NCBI GenBank assembly: GCA_016839555.1
Contig: JAEOUA010000006.1
Location: 480,001-544,000 of the forward strand
From: Promethearchaeota archaeon
GTDB lineage: Archaea; Asgardarchaeota; Lokiarchaeia; Sigyniarchaeales; SOKP01
Reading direction: 5' to 3'
Length of the DNA: 64,000 bases
Shown here: piece by piece, positions 31,701-41,040 of the stretch
How positions within the stretch are numbered: the first letter of the stretch is position 1
How the letters are laid out: every line of letters starts with the position of its first letter
The notes under the pieces: generated by a model
Seen by the model: only the letters and a program-made list of their open reading frames with translations
What the model was told of the DNA's origin: nothing
The model's database searches: none
Position numbers and translations under genes: made by a program

Positions 31701-32091
31701 AGGGTATCCCGACTTTCAGAATCTTGTGGTTTTTGAGAAGGAGCTATTATTTCATCCATTAGAGTGCGTTTAAGTGTATCACTTAATGTTTTAGGGCCCT
31801 TTTGCTCTCCCTCGCCCTGTAAGATTGAAAAATTTTCTAGAAATAGTTCTTGATCTAAGGTGTATTTTATCTGAGAGTCTTCTTTTTTTAATTCATTCCA
31901 TTGGAATGATTCTATAGCGTCAAGGGCATTATCTAAGAATTCGGCACAATATTGATTCCATAGCCTCAGGAGATCTGAGGGATTCTTGTATGTTTCCAAA
32001 AGCCGAACTCAAAACCGACCAATTGAGTCCTTTTACGCATGAACTGGGCTATAGTTCCTTGTTTAATGCGCCCATCTTCCTCTGTTGTCAT
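28703..32091 (-). CDS. top6B: DNA topoisomerase VI subunit B, extended form; reading frame interrupted near the 5' end (exon 1 about 32091-31988, exon 2 about 31955-28703)
   Basis: GHKL motifs EFLDNALDA, DNGLGM, QTRGSQGFG, HGT, ALMNPH; transducer RFVNRTP. The conserved N-terminal strap MTTEEDGRIKQGTIAQFMRKRTQLVGFEFGFWKH is encoded upstream in a different frame from ATG 32091; removing 32 nt gives a 1118-aa protein. Confidence 0.9.
31956..31987 (-). other. Candidate 32-nt BHB/BHL-type intron in top6B (boundaries could slide between 31989-31958 and 31986-31955)
   Basis: Insert has an in-frame TGA (31968-31966), hairpin CCTCAG/CTGAGG, central helix CAT(A)/(T)ATG, 3-nt bulge, and an outer exon-exon stem GAGTTCGGC/GCCGAATTC. 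Confidence 0.6.
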
Positions 32092-32793
32092 TATTTATTA
32101 CATTTCTCTTTGTAGTTGATTATCTATTTTTATATATATCAAATGATCTTTATTATACAAATTATATTAGATGTATGAGTAAATACTTATAAACCCAACT
32201 TTCTTCTTACTTTGCTACATGTATAAAATCTTTCAATTTTTTAGAAAATCGAGAAGATATTTAAATTTTTTTATTCCAAATGTTTATAAGAAATGATCTT
32301 GAAAAATCTGATATTTAGAAATTGTTTATAAAGATTTTATAAGTTATTAATTCTGAAATTTTCTAAGCCTTTATAATTCTTTTTAGAAACTAAATAATAT
32401 GAAGTAAATTCTAAAATAAATTTAATACGTGATTAAATTTTATACAATTAATAATTTTTAACAATTTACTTTTTTAATCTTTTTAGCTGGAAATGTAATT
32501 CTATTCTAATACAAAATAATAAATTTTTACTAAAAAAAGTTTTCAATTGATTTTAATTATTGAAATTTTCTCTTCTCTAAAATTTTTAAATTTGATAGGA
32601 ATAATAAGGAAATTATGAAAAAATTTCATGAATGAACATAATAGATAAACTGAAAGGAAATTATTGTATCTTATTAGATTTTTTTAATGGTAAATATTCA
32701 TTTCTAATATCAAATTAAAAATAAAATTAATATATTAACCTTTAAAATAAACCAAACAAAAGAAGTAGATTTTAAGATCAAAGAGAATGAAAT

Positions 32794-34068
32794 TTAAAGA
32801 TCCTTTATTCTGTAATTCTCTAATGCGTTATCTATAATTTTTGCGGCTATATAACGCTTAGTATGCCTGGGTATATGTTGTATATGCTTTTCTTTATCGA
32901 TAATATATACTTCATTTTCTGAGCTTTCAAAGCCTAATTCTCCCCCAACATCATTAGCAACTATTAAATCTATATCCGATTTTTTTAAACGTGCAAAAGC
33001 TCTGTCTATTAATTCGGTTTTAGAAACATTCGTCTCAGCCTTGAACGCCACAATAAATACCTTATTATTTACTTTACGAGCTTCATCTATAATTTTTGGT
33101 GTTAAATGCATATTCACTTGCAGTTCTTTTACTTCATCTGATGATATTTTTCCTTGCAAGCATTCTTTTGGGGAATAGTCGCTAATAGCAGCAGCACAGA
33201 TAAACATATCATAATCCTTTTTAGACAATTCATTCTTAACCGTGTTAATGAAATCGCTTGTAGAAATCACATTTACGACATTTAAATAATCGGGTGTTGG
33301 ATAAGAGCTTTTTCCATTGATAAGTAAAACTTCCCCGCCTCTGGCTGAAGCTTCTTTGGCAATTTCTATACCCATTCGTCCTGAAGATTCATTAGAAACA
33401 AATCTGATTTCATCTATATATTCTCGAGTAGGGCCCGCAGTGACGAGAATTTTCATTCCATGGAGATCTTTTTTGGATACTAAAAGATCAATTACTCGAT
33501 CAATTATATCATCAATTTTTGCGATTTTTGCCTTACCTTCGGAGATACGAGGACCTAATATTTCAACTCCATATTTCCGTAATTTTATAATATTTTCCTT
33601 CAATATCGGATGGTTAAACATTGATTCATGCATTGCAGGTACCACGATGATTGGAGTTCCAGACCCAAAGGCTGTTGTCACAATTGTAGTAACTGCAGTA
33701 TCATCAATTCCATTTGCTATTTTTGAAATGGTATTGGCAGTTGCAGGACATACTAATATTAAGTCTGCTTTTCCCAAACCTCTTGGTCGTTCACCCGCCA
33801 AATATACATGCTCAACCGCTCCTGTTAATTTAGTAATTACATTATTACCTGTTGCCCAATGCATCATTGTGGGAGAAATAAGTTCAGTTGCAGCTTTAGT
33901 CATTACTGCAATGACCTCTGCTCCAAACCTCATAAGTTCTCTAGCAATAATTGGCGCACTTATAATAGCAACACTTCCAGTTAAACACATACATATCGTT
34001 TTACCTCTTAAAATAGTTCCTTCTGATTCTTGAATATCTTTGGAAGGGTGACTCATTTTTTTTCTCAC
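32794..34068 (-). CDS. coaBC: Bifunctional phosphopantothenoylcysteine decarboxylase/synthetase
   Basis: TGSVA, PATANTISKIANGIDD, PAMHESM, TAGPTREYIDEIRFVSNESSGRMG, AAISDY, FKAET, VANDV. Confidence 0.95.
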   Translation of the reverse strand: MRKKMSHPSKDIQESEGTILRGKTICMCLTGSVAIISAPIIARELMRFGAEVIAVMTKAATELISPTMMHWATGNNVITKLTGAVEHVYLAGERPRGLGKADLILVCPATANTISKIANGIDDTAVTTIVTTAFGSGTPIIVVPAMHESMFNHPILKENIIKLRKYGVEILGPRISEGKAKIAKIDDIIDRVIDLLVSKKDLHGMKILVTAGPTREYIDEIRFVSNESSGRMGIEIAKEASARGGEVLLINGKSSYPTPDYLNVVNVISTSDFINTVKNELSKKDYDMFICAAAISDYSPKECLQGKISSDEVKELQVNMHLTPKIIDEARKVNNKVFIVAFKAETNVSKTELIDRAFARLKKSDIDLIVANDVGGELGFESSENEVYIIDKEKHIQHIPRHTKRYIAAKIIDNALENYRIKDL

Positions 34069-34168
34069 TTTGAAGGGTTTCTGTATGACATACTATTTAA
34101 AGGAAAAGGAACTTCAATAATAAAATTTTCTATGTTTATAATAAATATAAGAATTAGTATTTTTATCT

Positions 34169-35635
34169 TTAAGTTTCTAATGCTTTTTCCCATTTATTAA
34201 AATAGTTTTTCCAATTAATTAATGGTTCGAACGGACTCAACTTAAATTTTGTTAATAAATGTATATATTGATCTTTATAATCCTTTATTAATTGTGCTTT
34301 AGTATAATTTTTTGAAGGTTTTGGTAAAACTGAGTTTTTTAATGGATCCGATTGTATATTCCACCATTCTTTTTTAAATTTTGTCCCATATTTTTCTTCA
34401 AAATAGGACATATTATTATAAACAGGAGTTATTGGATCATTAATAAATAAAGAGGGACTTATTTGAATATTCTCGTGAAAACCATAAGTCTCCAAAAAAT
34501 TTATAGTATCTTGAAAAGATTGAGCATTTTCTCCTGGAAATCCTGCAAGAGTATTGATTCTACAATATGGTTCAGTAATTGTTTTATAAAATTCAAGAAT
34601 TTTTTTCATTTTTTTAAAATAATTCCCAGGATTTCTTGTTTTATTCATTTCTATTAACAGATTTTCATTAGCACTTTCAAAACCAAAACCAGCTACCATT
34701 CCTGCCTTTTTAAAAAAATACAATATTTCTTTATGATTATAAACAATTTCTATTCTTGTTTGGCATGTAAATTTAAATATCTCTTGTAGGTTATTTTTAA
34801 TAATATATTTCAATATTTTATTACTCAAAATTGCACTATTAAATGACTGGTCCAAAAAACCAATTTTTGGAAGCTTATTATTGTATTTTAAAACAATTCT
34901 TTGCAATTTTTCGAATCTTTTTATAAATTGGATGAATGAAAAATTCCGAAAATTAGTTCTCATTATTTTGCAAAAACTACAATTAAATGGACAGCCTCTT
35001 GATAAATGAATTGTAAAATTGAATTTGTTCTTGTAATTGTATTTATTGAGATAGCTAAGATAATCCGGAAAAGGTAATAAATTTAAATCAAAATCATTTC
35101 TTGATTCAATAATTTGAGGTTGCTTACTATTTTTAGCTTTATTCAAATAATTTGATTTTATTAGATCTAACATAACACTTTCAGGTTCACCAACAATTAC
35201 AATATTAAAATTTGATCCCTTATTTGTAAAATCGCTAGCAATAGCGGTTGGATGTTGTCCTCCAACGATAATTTTAGCTTTAGGGAACTCCTCTTTAAAT
35301 ATTTCTGATATATAGTTAGTTTGAAGGTATTGATAACTTGAATCTAAAAAAAATGAAACATTTTCAAATTTTTCTATAGAGTTATGTTCAAGTACTTTAA
35401 TTACTTTCTCTTTAAATTTTAAAAAATCTATCTCATTTTTTGAGAATAAGGGGCTTAATTCTTCTTCAAATCTTAGATCTAAAAAGTCTATTGATATATT
35501 TTCCTTTTTTTTTAATAGAGCAGATATTTGAAGTGATTTAAGTGGCAATTCTGAATAAAATAAATCTTTATGGTATACATCCTGGAAAAAAAAAGTAGGA
35601 TATATGATTAATAAATTAGATTTTTTATTTCTCAT
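34169..35635 (-). CDS. B12-binding-domain radical SAM protein
   Basis: IVGGQHPT, VGEPE, SRGCPFNCSFC (CxxxCxxC), GFESAN, AGFPGE. Confidence 0.9.
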   Translation of the reverse strand: MRNKKSNLLIIYPTFFFQDVYHKDLFYSELPLKSLQISALLKKKENISIDFLDLRFEEELSPLFSKNEIDFLKFKEKVIKVLEHNSIEKFENVSFFLDSSYQYLQTNYISEIFKEEFPKAKIIVGGQHPTAIASDFTNKGSNFNIVIVGEPESVMLDLIKSNYLNKAKNSKQPQIIESRNDFDLNLLPFPDYLSYLNKYNYKNKFNFTIHLSRGCPFNCSFCKIMRTNFRNFSFIQFIKRFEKLQRIVLKYNNKLPKIGFLDQSFNSAILSNKILKYIIKNNLQEIFKFTCQTRIEIVYNHKEILYFFKKAGMVAGFGFESANENLLIEMNKTRNPGNYFKKMKKILEFYKTITEPYCRINTLAGFPGENAQSFQDTINFLETYGFHENIQISPSLFINDPITPVYNNMSYFEEKYGTKFKKEWWNIQSDPLKNSVLPKPSKNYTKAQLIKDYKDQYIHLLTKFKLSPFEPLINWKNYFNKWEKALET

Positions 35636-35795
35636 GATAAATTACAATAAATTTTACACATAAACTTGAATTTTTTATTAGTAATTTAAATTAATTTAAT
35701 ATGTAATATTTAGATACTTAAATTATAAGCGAGATAATTAAAACTAAACGAAAACTTTTCTTATCATTTAAAGGGAATTTAAAAGCCATAATAAA

Positions 35796-36662
35796 ATGAA
35801 GATTGGAATACTAATTAATAGAGTAACTTGGGAAGTAAAGCAATTAATTACTGAATTTGAAAAAAGAAAAATTAATTATAATTTAATAAACAATCAAAAA
35901 CTATTCTTTAGATTAAATAAAGAAAAGGAGTTTGAAGGTCGATATGATGTAATTTTAGAAAGATCTCTTAGCTATTTAAGAGGTTTATATACCACAGCAA
36001 TATTAGAAACAAAAGGATATAATATTGTTAATAATTATAATTGTTTAAATATAACCGGAAATAAATTATTAACAACATTAAAACTGATTGAAAAAAACAT
36101 CCCTACACCCAAAACTTGCGTTTCATTTAAACCAGAACCAGCTATTGGGGCTATAAAAGAGGAAATAAAGTATCCTGCTATTTTAAAACCCATTATTGGC
36201 TCATGGGGTAGACTTATCGCAAAACTAGATGATTATACTAGTGCAATGGGAAATCTTGAATGCAGAGAAGTAATGGGTAATGTTCTTCAGAAGATATACT
36301 ATATACAAGAATATTTAGGGCACCAAGATTCAAATATGCCTACAGATTTAAGAGTTTTTGTAATTGGAAAAGAATGTATAGCGGCAATGGGTCGATTTAA
36401 ACCGGAGGATGATTTTAGAAGTAATATTGCAATAGGTGGTACCGCAAAAAAAATAGATATTAATAAAGATATAGCAAAAATTAGTTTGAGCGCATCAAAT
36501 GCTGTAAATGGAGAGATAGTTGGTGTAGATTTGATGAGAAAGCAAAACGAATTGAAAGTTATAGAAATTAATGGAACACCTCAATTTAGAGCGATAGCAA
36601 CCTCCACAAAGATGAATATTGCTGGGAAGATTGTAGATTTCTTAGAAAATACATATGGATAA
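35796..36662 (+). CDS. lysX: LysX/ArgX ATP-grasp ligase (RimK family)
   Basis: KPIIGSWGRLIAK, YIQEY, DLRVFVIG, FRSNIAIGG, GVDL, IEINGTPQF. Confidence 0.9.
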   Translation: MKIGILINRVTWEVKQLITEFEKRKINYNLINNQKLFFRLNKEKEFEGRYDVILERSLSYLRGLYTTAILETKGYNIVNNYNCLNITGNKLLTTLKLIEKNIPTPKTCVSFKPEPAIGAIKEEIKYPAILKPIIGSWGRLIAKLDDYTSAMGNLECREVMGNVLQKIYYIQEYLGHQDSNMPTDLRVFVIGKECIAAMGRFKPEDDFRSNIAIGGTAKKIDINKDIAKISLSASNAVNGEIVGVDLMRKQNELKVIEINGTPQFRAIATSTKMNIAGKIVDFLENTYG

Positions 36663-36684
36663 ATATATAAAAACTATTTGAAAA

Positions 36685-37512
36685 ATGAGTATTATTGTTG
36701 TCAAAATAGGCGGGGCATTAATAGCCGAAAATTTTGAGAATGTTGTAAGTGATATTTCTAAGATTTATCTTAATTTAAAAAATAAATATAGTTTAGTATT
36801 GTTGCATGGGGGAGGTCCACAAATAGATACAATACTTAAACAAATGAATAAAAAACCTAAATATTTTAAGACCCCCTCGGGATTTACAACGAGGTATACT
36901 GACCAAGAAACGATTGAAATCGCAATAATGGCGTTAGCAGGAATTAATAATAAGAGATTAGTTGAGGCTTTGCAAAAACAAGGTGTAAATGCTTTTGGTT
37001 TTACAGGTATTGATGGAGGATGCATTAATGCTAAAAGGAAAGAAAAAATATTAGTCTTAATTAATGGGAAAAGGATATTAAAGAGGGGAGAATTTTCTGG
37101 TAAAGTAGATAATGTTAATACTGAGATATTAAACTTTTTAATAAAAAAGGATTATATCCCCGTTATTGGTTCTTTAGCGAAGAGTGAAGAGGGAGATATT
37201 GTAAACGTTGATGGAGACAGAGCAGCAGGATATGTTGCTGATGCTTTAAATGCCGATATTTTGATCAGTTTAACCGATGTGGAAGGTATTTATAAAAATT
37301 TCGATAATAAAAATTCTCTTATTAAAGAAATTAAATCATTTCAATTAGAGAATTTATTAGAAGATTTAAAAGGTGGGATGAAAAAGAAAGCCTATGCTGC
37401 CTTAGAAGCTTTAAAAATGAATGTAAAAAAAGTTATTATTTCAAGCGGATTATCAAAAAATCCAATATCAAATGCATTAGAAAAACTAGCAGGAACAGTG
37501 ATAACTAAATGA
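36685..37512 (+). CDS. lysZ: [LysW]-aminoadipate/glutamate kinase
   Basis: VVKIGGA, HGGG, PSGFTTRYTD, NVDGDRAA, LTDVEG, GGMKKK; follows lysX. Confidence 0.9.
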   Translation: MSIIVVKIGGALIAENFENVVSDISKIYLNLKNKYSLVLLHGGGPQIDTILKQMNKKPKYFKTPSGFTTRYTDQETIEIAIMALAGINNKRLVEALQKQGVNAFGFTGIDGGCINAKRKEKILVLINGKRILKRGEFSGKVDNVNTEILNFLIKKDYIPVIGSLAKSEEGDIVNVDGDRAAGYVADALNADILISLTDVEGIYKNFDNKNSLIKEIKSFQLENLLEDLKGGMKKKAYAALEALKMNVKKVIISSGLSKNPISNALEKLAGTVITK

Positions 37513-38660
37513 ATAAAGATGCTGTAAAATTTCTTAGGAATTGTATTGAAATTTATAGCCCCTCAGGAAAGGAAGAAAAATATTCCCAATTTCTCGCTAA
37601 ATTCTTAAATTCCCATAATTTTACAATGAGATTTGATTCTATAGGAAATTTAATCGCCGAGAAAGGTAAAGGTGCCCCAATTATATTGCTTTCCTCACAT
37701 ATGGATACTATACCAGGGGAATTGCCAATTAAAGAGAAAAATGGAAAAATATTTGGAAGAGGGGCTGTTGATTGTAAATCATCATTGGCCGCAATAGTTT
37801 ATTCAATTTCTAAATATGATTTCAAACCTTATAATAAAGGCACAATTATTTTTGCGGGAATTGTTCAAGAGGAAAGTAGTCTTTTAGGTATTAAAGAATT
37901 TATTAAATCAAATATAAAACCTGATTTCGCGATTTTTGGAGAACCAACTAAAATTGATCAACTCTGTATTGGGTATAAAGGCAGATTATGTATTAAGTAT
38001 TCAGCATCCACTAAAATAGGTCATGTAGCCAGCTCTTGGTTATACATAAATGCTATAGATATTTGTCTTAAAATATGGAATATTATAAAAAAATCATGCA
38101 AAATATTAACCGAAAAATATTGTAAGAATAATAAAAATACTAAATATTTTAATCAAATAATTCCAAATTTGACGGTTATTTCTGGAGGGAATTTAACAAA
38201 TTGTATTCCTTCAAATGCATTTATACAAGTTGATATTAGATTTCCTCCATCAATCAATTCACAAAAAATATTAGATTTTTTAGAGAATAAAATTACTAAA
38301 CTTGTGCAAGATTATCAGAACCCAAAAAAAATTAAAATTATAGTTCAGAAAAGTATATCTAGTCAAGTGGAAGGATTTGAAATTAAGGGTAATGATATAA
38401 TAACAAGTGCTTTAAGATGGGCAATCTTCAACACAATTAATAAAAAACCAAAATTGATAAAAAAAACCGGCACAACTTTTATAAATGAGATTGGATCTCA
38501 TTTTAACATTCCTTCCATCACATATGGGCCAGGAGATCCAAAATTGGAGCATACAGATAAAGAGTATATTGAAATCGAGGAATATTTAAATTCGATTGAA
38601 ATATATAAGAAATTCTTCTTCAAATTTTTTGAACTTTATCAAAAAAAATATCAAAATTGA
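37509..38660 (+). CDS. lysK: [LysW]-lysine/ornithine hydrolase (M20 family)
   Basis: SPSGKE, HMDTIPG, GRGAVDCK, QEE, GEP, YGPGD..LEH; overlaps the lysZ stop. Confidence 0.88.
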   Translation: MNKDAVKFLRNCIEIYSPSGKEEKYSQFLAKFLNSHNFTMRFDSIGNLIAEKGKGAPIILLSSHMDTIPGELPIKEKNGKIFGRGAVDCKSSLAAIVYSISKYDFKPYNKGTIIFAGIVQEESSLLGIKEFIKSNIKPDFAIFGEPTKIDQLCIGYKGRLCIKYSASTKIGHVASSWLYINAIDICLKIWNIIKKSCKILTEKYCKNNKNTKYFNQIIPNLTVISGGNLTNCIPSNAFIQVDIRFPPSINSQKILDFLENKITKLVQDYQNPKKIKIIVQKSISSQVEGFEIKGNDIITSALRWAIFNTINKKPKLIKKTGTTFINEIGSHFNIPSITYGPGDPKLEHTDKEYIEIEEYLNSIEIYKKFFFKFFELYQKKYQN

Positions 38661-38675
38661 GGAATTTTAAAATAA

Positions 38676-41021
38676 TTAATTTCTAATTAAATTAATCTTT
38701 AGATTCAATTTTTCTACTAATTGGTTAAATTTGCGAAATTCCTTCAATGAAATTTTATCCTTATCGCCAAATTTTAATATATTATTGATTTTATTTCCAT
38801 AATATGTTTTTTTAACTTCAGAAATATCATACAAATTACCTATTTTATAAACAGGCATTTTTTTAAATTCTTCCTTGCGAATAGTTAAAATCGCATTAGA
38901 ATATTTAATAAAGGGAGTATTCTTCATTTTTTTTAAATTAAAAATATTGGTGGATCCAATTGATCTTTCCTTTAATAGATTATTAATATATATATGAATT
39001 TCTTTCATTAGATCTTCCTTAAAATCATCTAAATTGGAGTCTTCTTTAATGATATTCTTAATTATATCAGAATATGGTAAATCCATTCCATTTAGATTAT
39101 TGGAGAGATTTAAAAGAATGATAATTTGGTCTGCTTTGTCTTGGGGATCTTTTTTTATTTCTTCAAAAATATATTCACGTTCTTCTTTGATATAACTGAA
39201 TAAAAATTTACGAAATTCTTTTACAAATTTACTATAATTAGGGATAAATTTTTTATTAGGATTAGTAGTAACTAATCTATTTGCTTTGAAAGGATCAATT
39301 TCTCTATTTTTTACTGCTCTAATTAAAGAGATTGGATAATATCCTTCAATAAATTCCATGTTCTGTGCAATACTTTTAATGGAATCTTTGAATGAACATT
39401 TTGTAATAACATTAACGATTTTGATTAAGTTTGCTTCTATTTTTATAGGTGTTTTTATACAATAACATAGATCAAATGGTTTCAAATCGTGAAATAATGG
39501 ATTATTTTGATCTGGGATGATAATTTGAGCACTAGACGCATTTATTAGATTCCCTTTGATCGGTTTCTTTGCTAAATCCCATTCTATTATCATAACATTT
39601 TCATTTGAATATTCTTGTTCAATATCATAAGAATAATCTATATCTTGTCTCAATAAGGGAATCCCATCATTTATATTAATTTGGTAATCCTCATCCCCCC
39701 AAAATTGATTTTTATAATAAAAAATATCGGGAAATTGTGTTAAATCATCAAGAAAAAGATCACGGATTATGAAATAATTTATACCTAAATCAGATGACTT
39801 TATAGCAGAAGTTTTATCACCAAAAAATCCTAATTTTTTAATAATATATAAATATGTTTCATTTTGTAAATTTTCCTTATCATGATCTACTACGTAAACA
39901 TTTCTTTTTTTTCTAAAACCAACTTTTGTTCTTATAACATCATATTTTTCCATTAACAGCTTAAGAAATGAGAATTTTTTTAAATAGACTTTTTTCTCCA
40001 ATTCTTTAATTTCATTTTTATATGTTTCATAAATTTCTTTATAGTCTTCTTCAGGAATTTCTATAACATCAAATTGACTTTTCATTAATTTTAATTTATC
40101 TAATACACAAAAATCTTCAATTTCTTCAACAAAATGTTCTATTAAATCTTTTTTTAGTTCGTTTAATTTACTTTGAGAGAAAATTTTGTTGAATTCCTCA
40201 TTTATTTTAATTAAGGTTTCATGATTTTTTTTTACAAAATAAATTGAAAAATATCTTTGATTTAAATTACTACTTTCAACCATTTTTTTAAATTTTGTAA
40301 GAAATTTAGATAAAAAAGTCAGATCCTTATGCTTAGTTATTTCATTTAAATAATGAATAACCCTTAAAAGATTATAAAAGGAATATTGATGTACAGAATT
40401 TATTAATTTTTTAAACCCAGATTCTATTAACTCTTCATATTTTTCTAAATACTTACCTAAATCATTCTGATAACCATTTTTTAGGAATTCAAACAATTCG
40501 ATTAATAAATCATTCTTTATAGCTATTTCTAGATATTTCTTTATGGTTGGTTCGCAATTAAATTCACTTATTATTGCTTTGTTTAAATAATTCAATCCTT
40601 CAATAATATTATTTTTCTCTTGAAAACACTTATTAGCAATAATTTGAAAATTCCTTCTTTTTTTCTCGGAACCAAAATCCTCAGAAGTCAAATTATATTG
40701 ATTTAGGTTTTTTATTATTTCCAAAGATTTTTCTTTTTTTAGGATTAAAAATAATTTTAATAGATGTTTACATATTTTTTTTTCTATACTTGAATATATG
40801 AGAAATGATGGACAATCGTGGAAAATTTCTTTTTTTTCTTCATCCACAATAATATGAAATTCTCTCTCATTGTCGAAAAAAAGCGCTCGAACAAAAAGGG
40901 GATCATTCTGAATAGAAATTATTTTTATATTATTATTTGGGAAATCTTTTGCCTTTTTAAATAAAGGCTCCCCCACTCTTTTAATTATATTTGCTTTAAG
41001 TTCTGTTTTTAATTCAGACAA
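38676..41021 (-). CDS. SWIM zinc-finger protein
   Basis: HDCPSF...ICKH (HxC...CxH variant) near the N-terminus; downstream of the AAA-vWA pair. Confidence 0.7.
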   Translation of the reverse strand: MSELKTELKANIIKRVGEPLFKKAKDFPNNNIKIISIQNDPLFVRALFFDNEREFHIIVDEEKKEIFHDCPSFLIYSSIEKKICKHLLKLFLILKKEKSLEIIKNLNQYNLTSEDFGSEKKRRNFQIIANKCFQEKNNIIEGLNYLNKAIISEFNCEPTIKKYLEIAIKNDLLIELFEFLKNGYQNDLGKYLEKYEELIESGFKKLINSVHQYSFYNLLRVIHYLNEITKHKDLTFLSKFLTKFKKMVESSNLNQRYFSIYFVKKNHETLIKINEEFNKIFSQSKLNELKKDLIEHFVEEIEDFCVLDKLKLMKSQFDVIEIPEEDYKEIYETYKNEIKELEKKVYLKKFSFLKLLMEKYDVIRTKVGFRKKRNVYVVDHDKENLQNETYLYIIKKLGFFGDKTSAIKSSDLGINYFIIRDLFLDDLTQFPDIFYYKNQFWGDEDYQININDGIPLLRQDIDYSYDIEQEYSNENVMIIEWDLAKKPIKGNLINASSAQIIIPDQNNPLFHDLKPFDLCYCIKTPIKIEANLIKIVNVITKCSFKDSIKSIAQNMEFIEGYYPISLIRAVKNREIDPFKANRLVTTNPNKKFIPNYSKFVKEFRKFLFSYIKEEREYIFEEIKKDPQDKADQIIILLNLSNNLNGMDLPYSDIIKNIIKEDSNLDDFKEDLMKEIHIYINNLLKERSIGSTNIFNLKKMKNTPFIKYSNAILTIRKEEFKKMPVYKIGNLYDISEVKKTYYGNKINNILKFGDKDKISLKEFRKFNQLVEKLNLKINLIRN

Positions 41022-41040
41022 TTTTTAATTTTAAATGATT

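Noticed and set aside
31966-31968. Selenocysteine/readthrough of the TGA in the top6B upstream frame
   Set aside because: Readthrough continues GYGINIVPNS and stops at TAG; it never joins the Top6B frame
31997-31999. TTG start for top6B given by the ORF track
   Set aside because: No SD, omits the conserved N-terminal strap encoded from ATG 32091, and adds METYKNPSDLLRLW, which does not resemble Top6B
33317-34033. 238-aa plus-strand ORF and other antisense ORFs (e.g. 17351-17899, 52484-53092, 46860-47249, 58805-59152)
   Set aside because: Each lies opposite a well-supported gene, has S/F/I/L-rich shadow composition and no motifs
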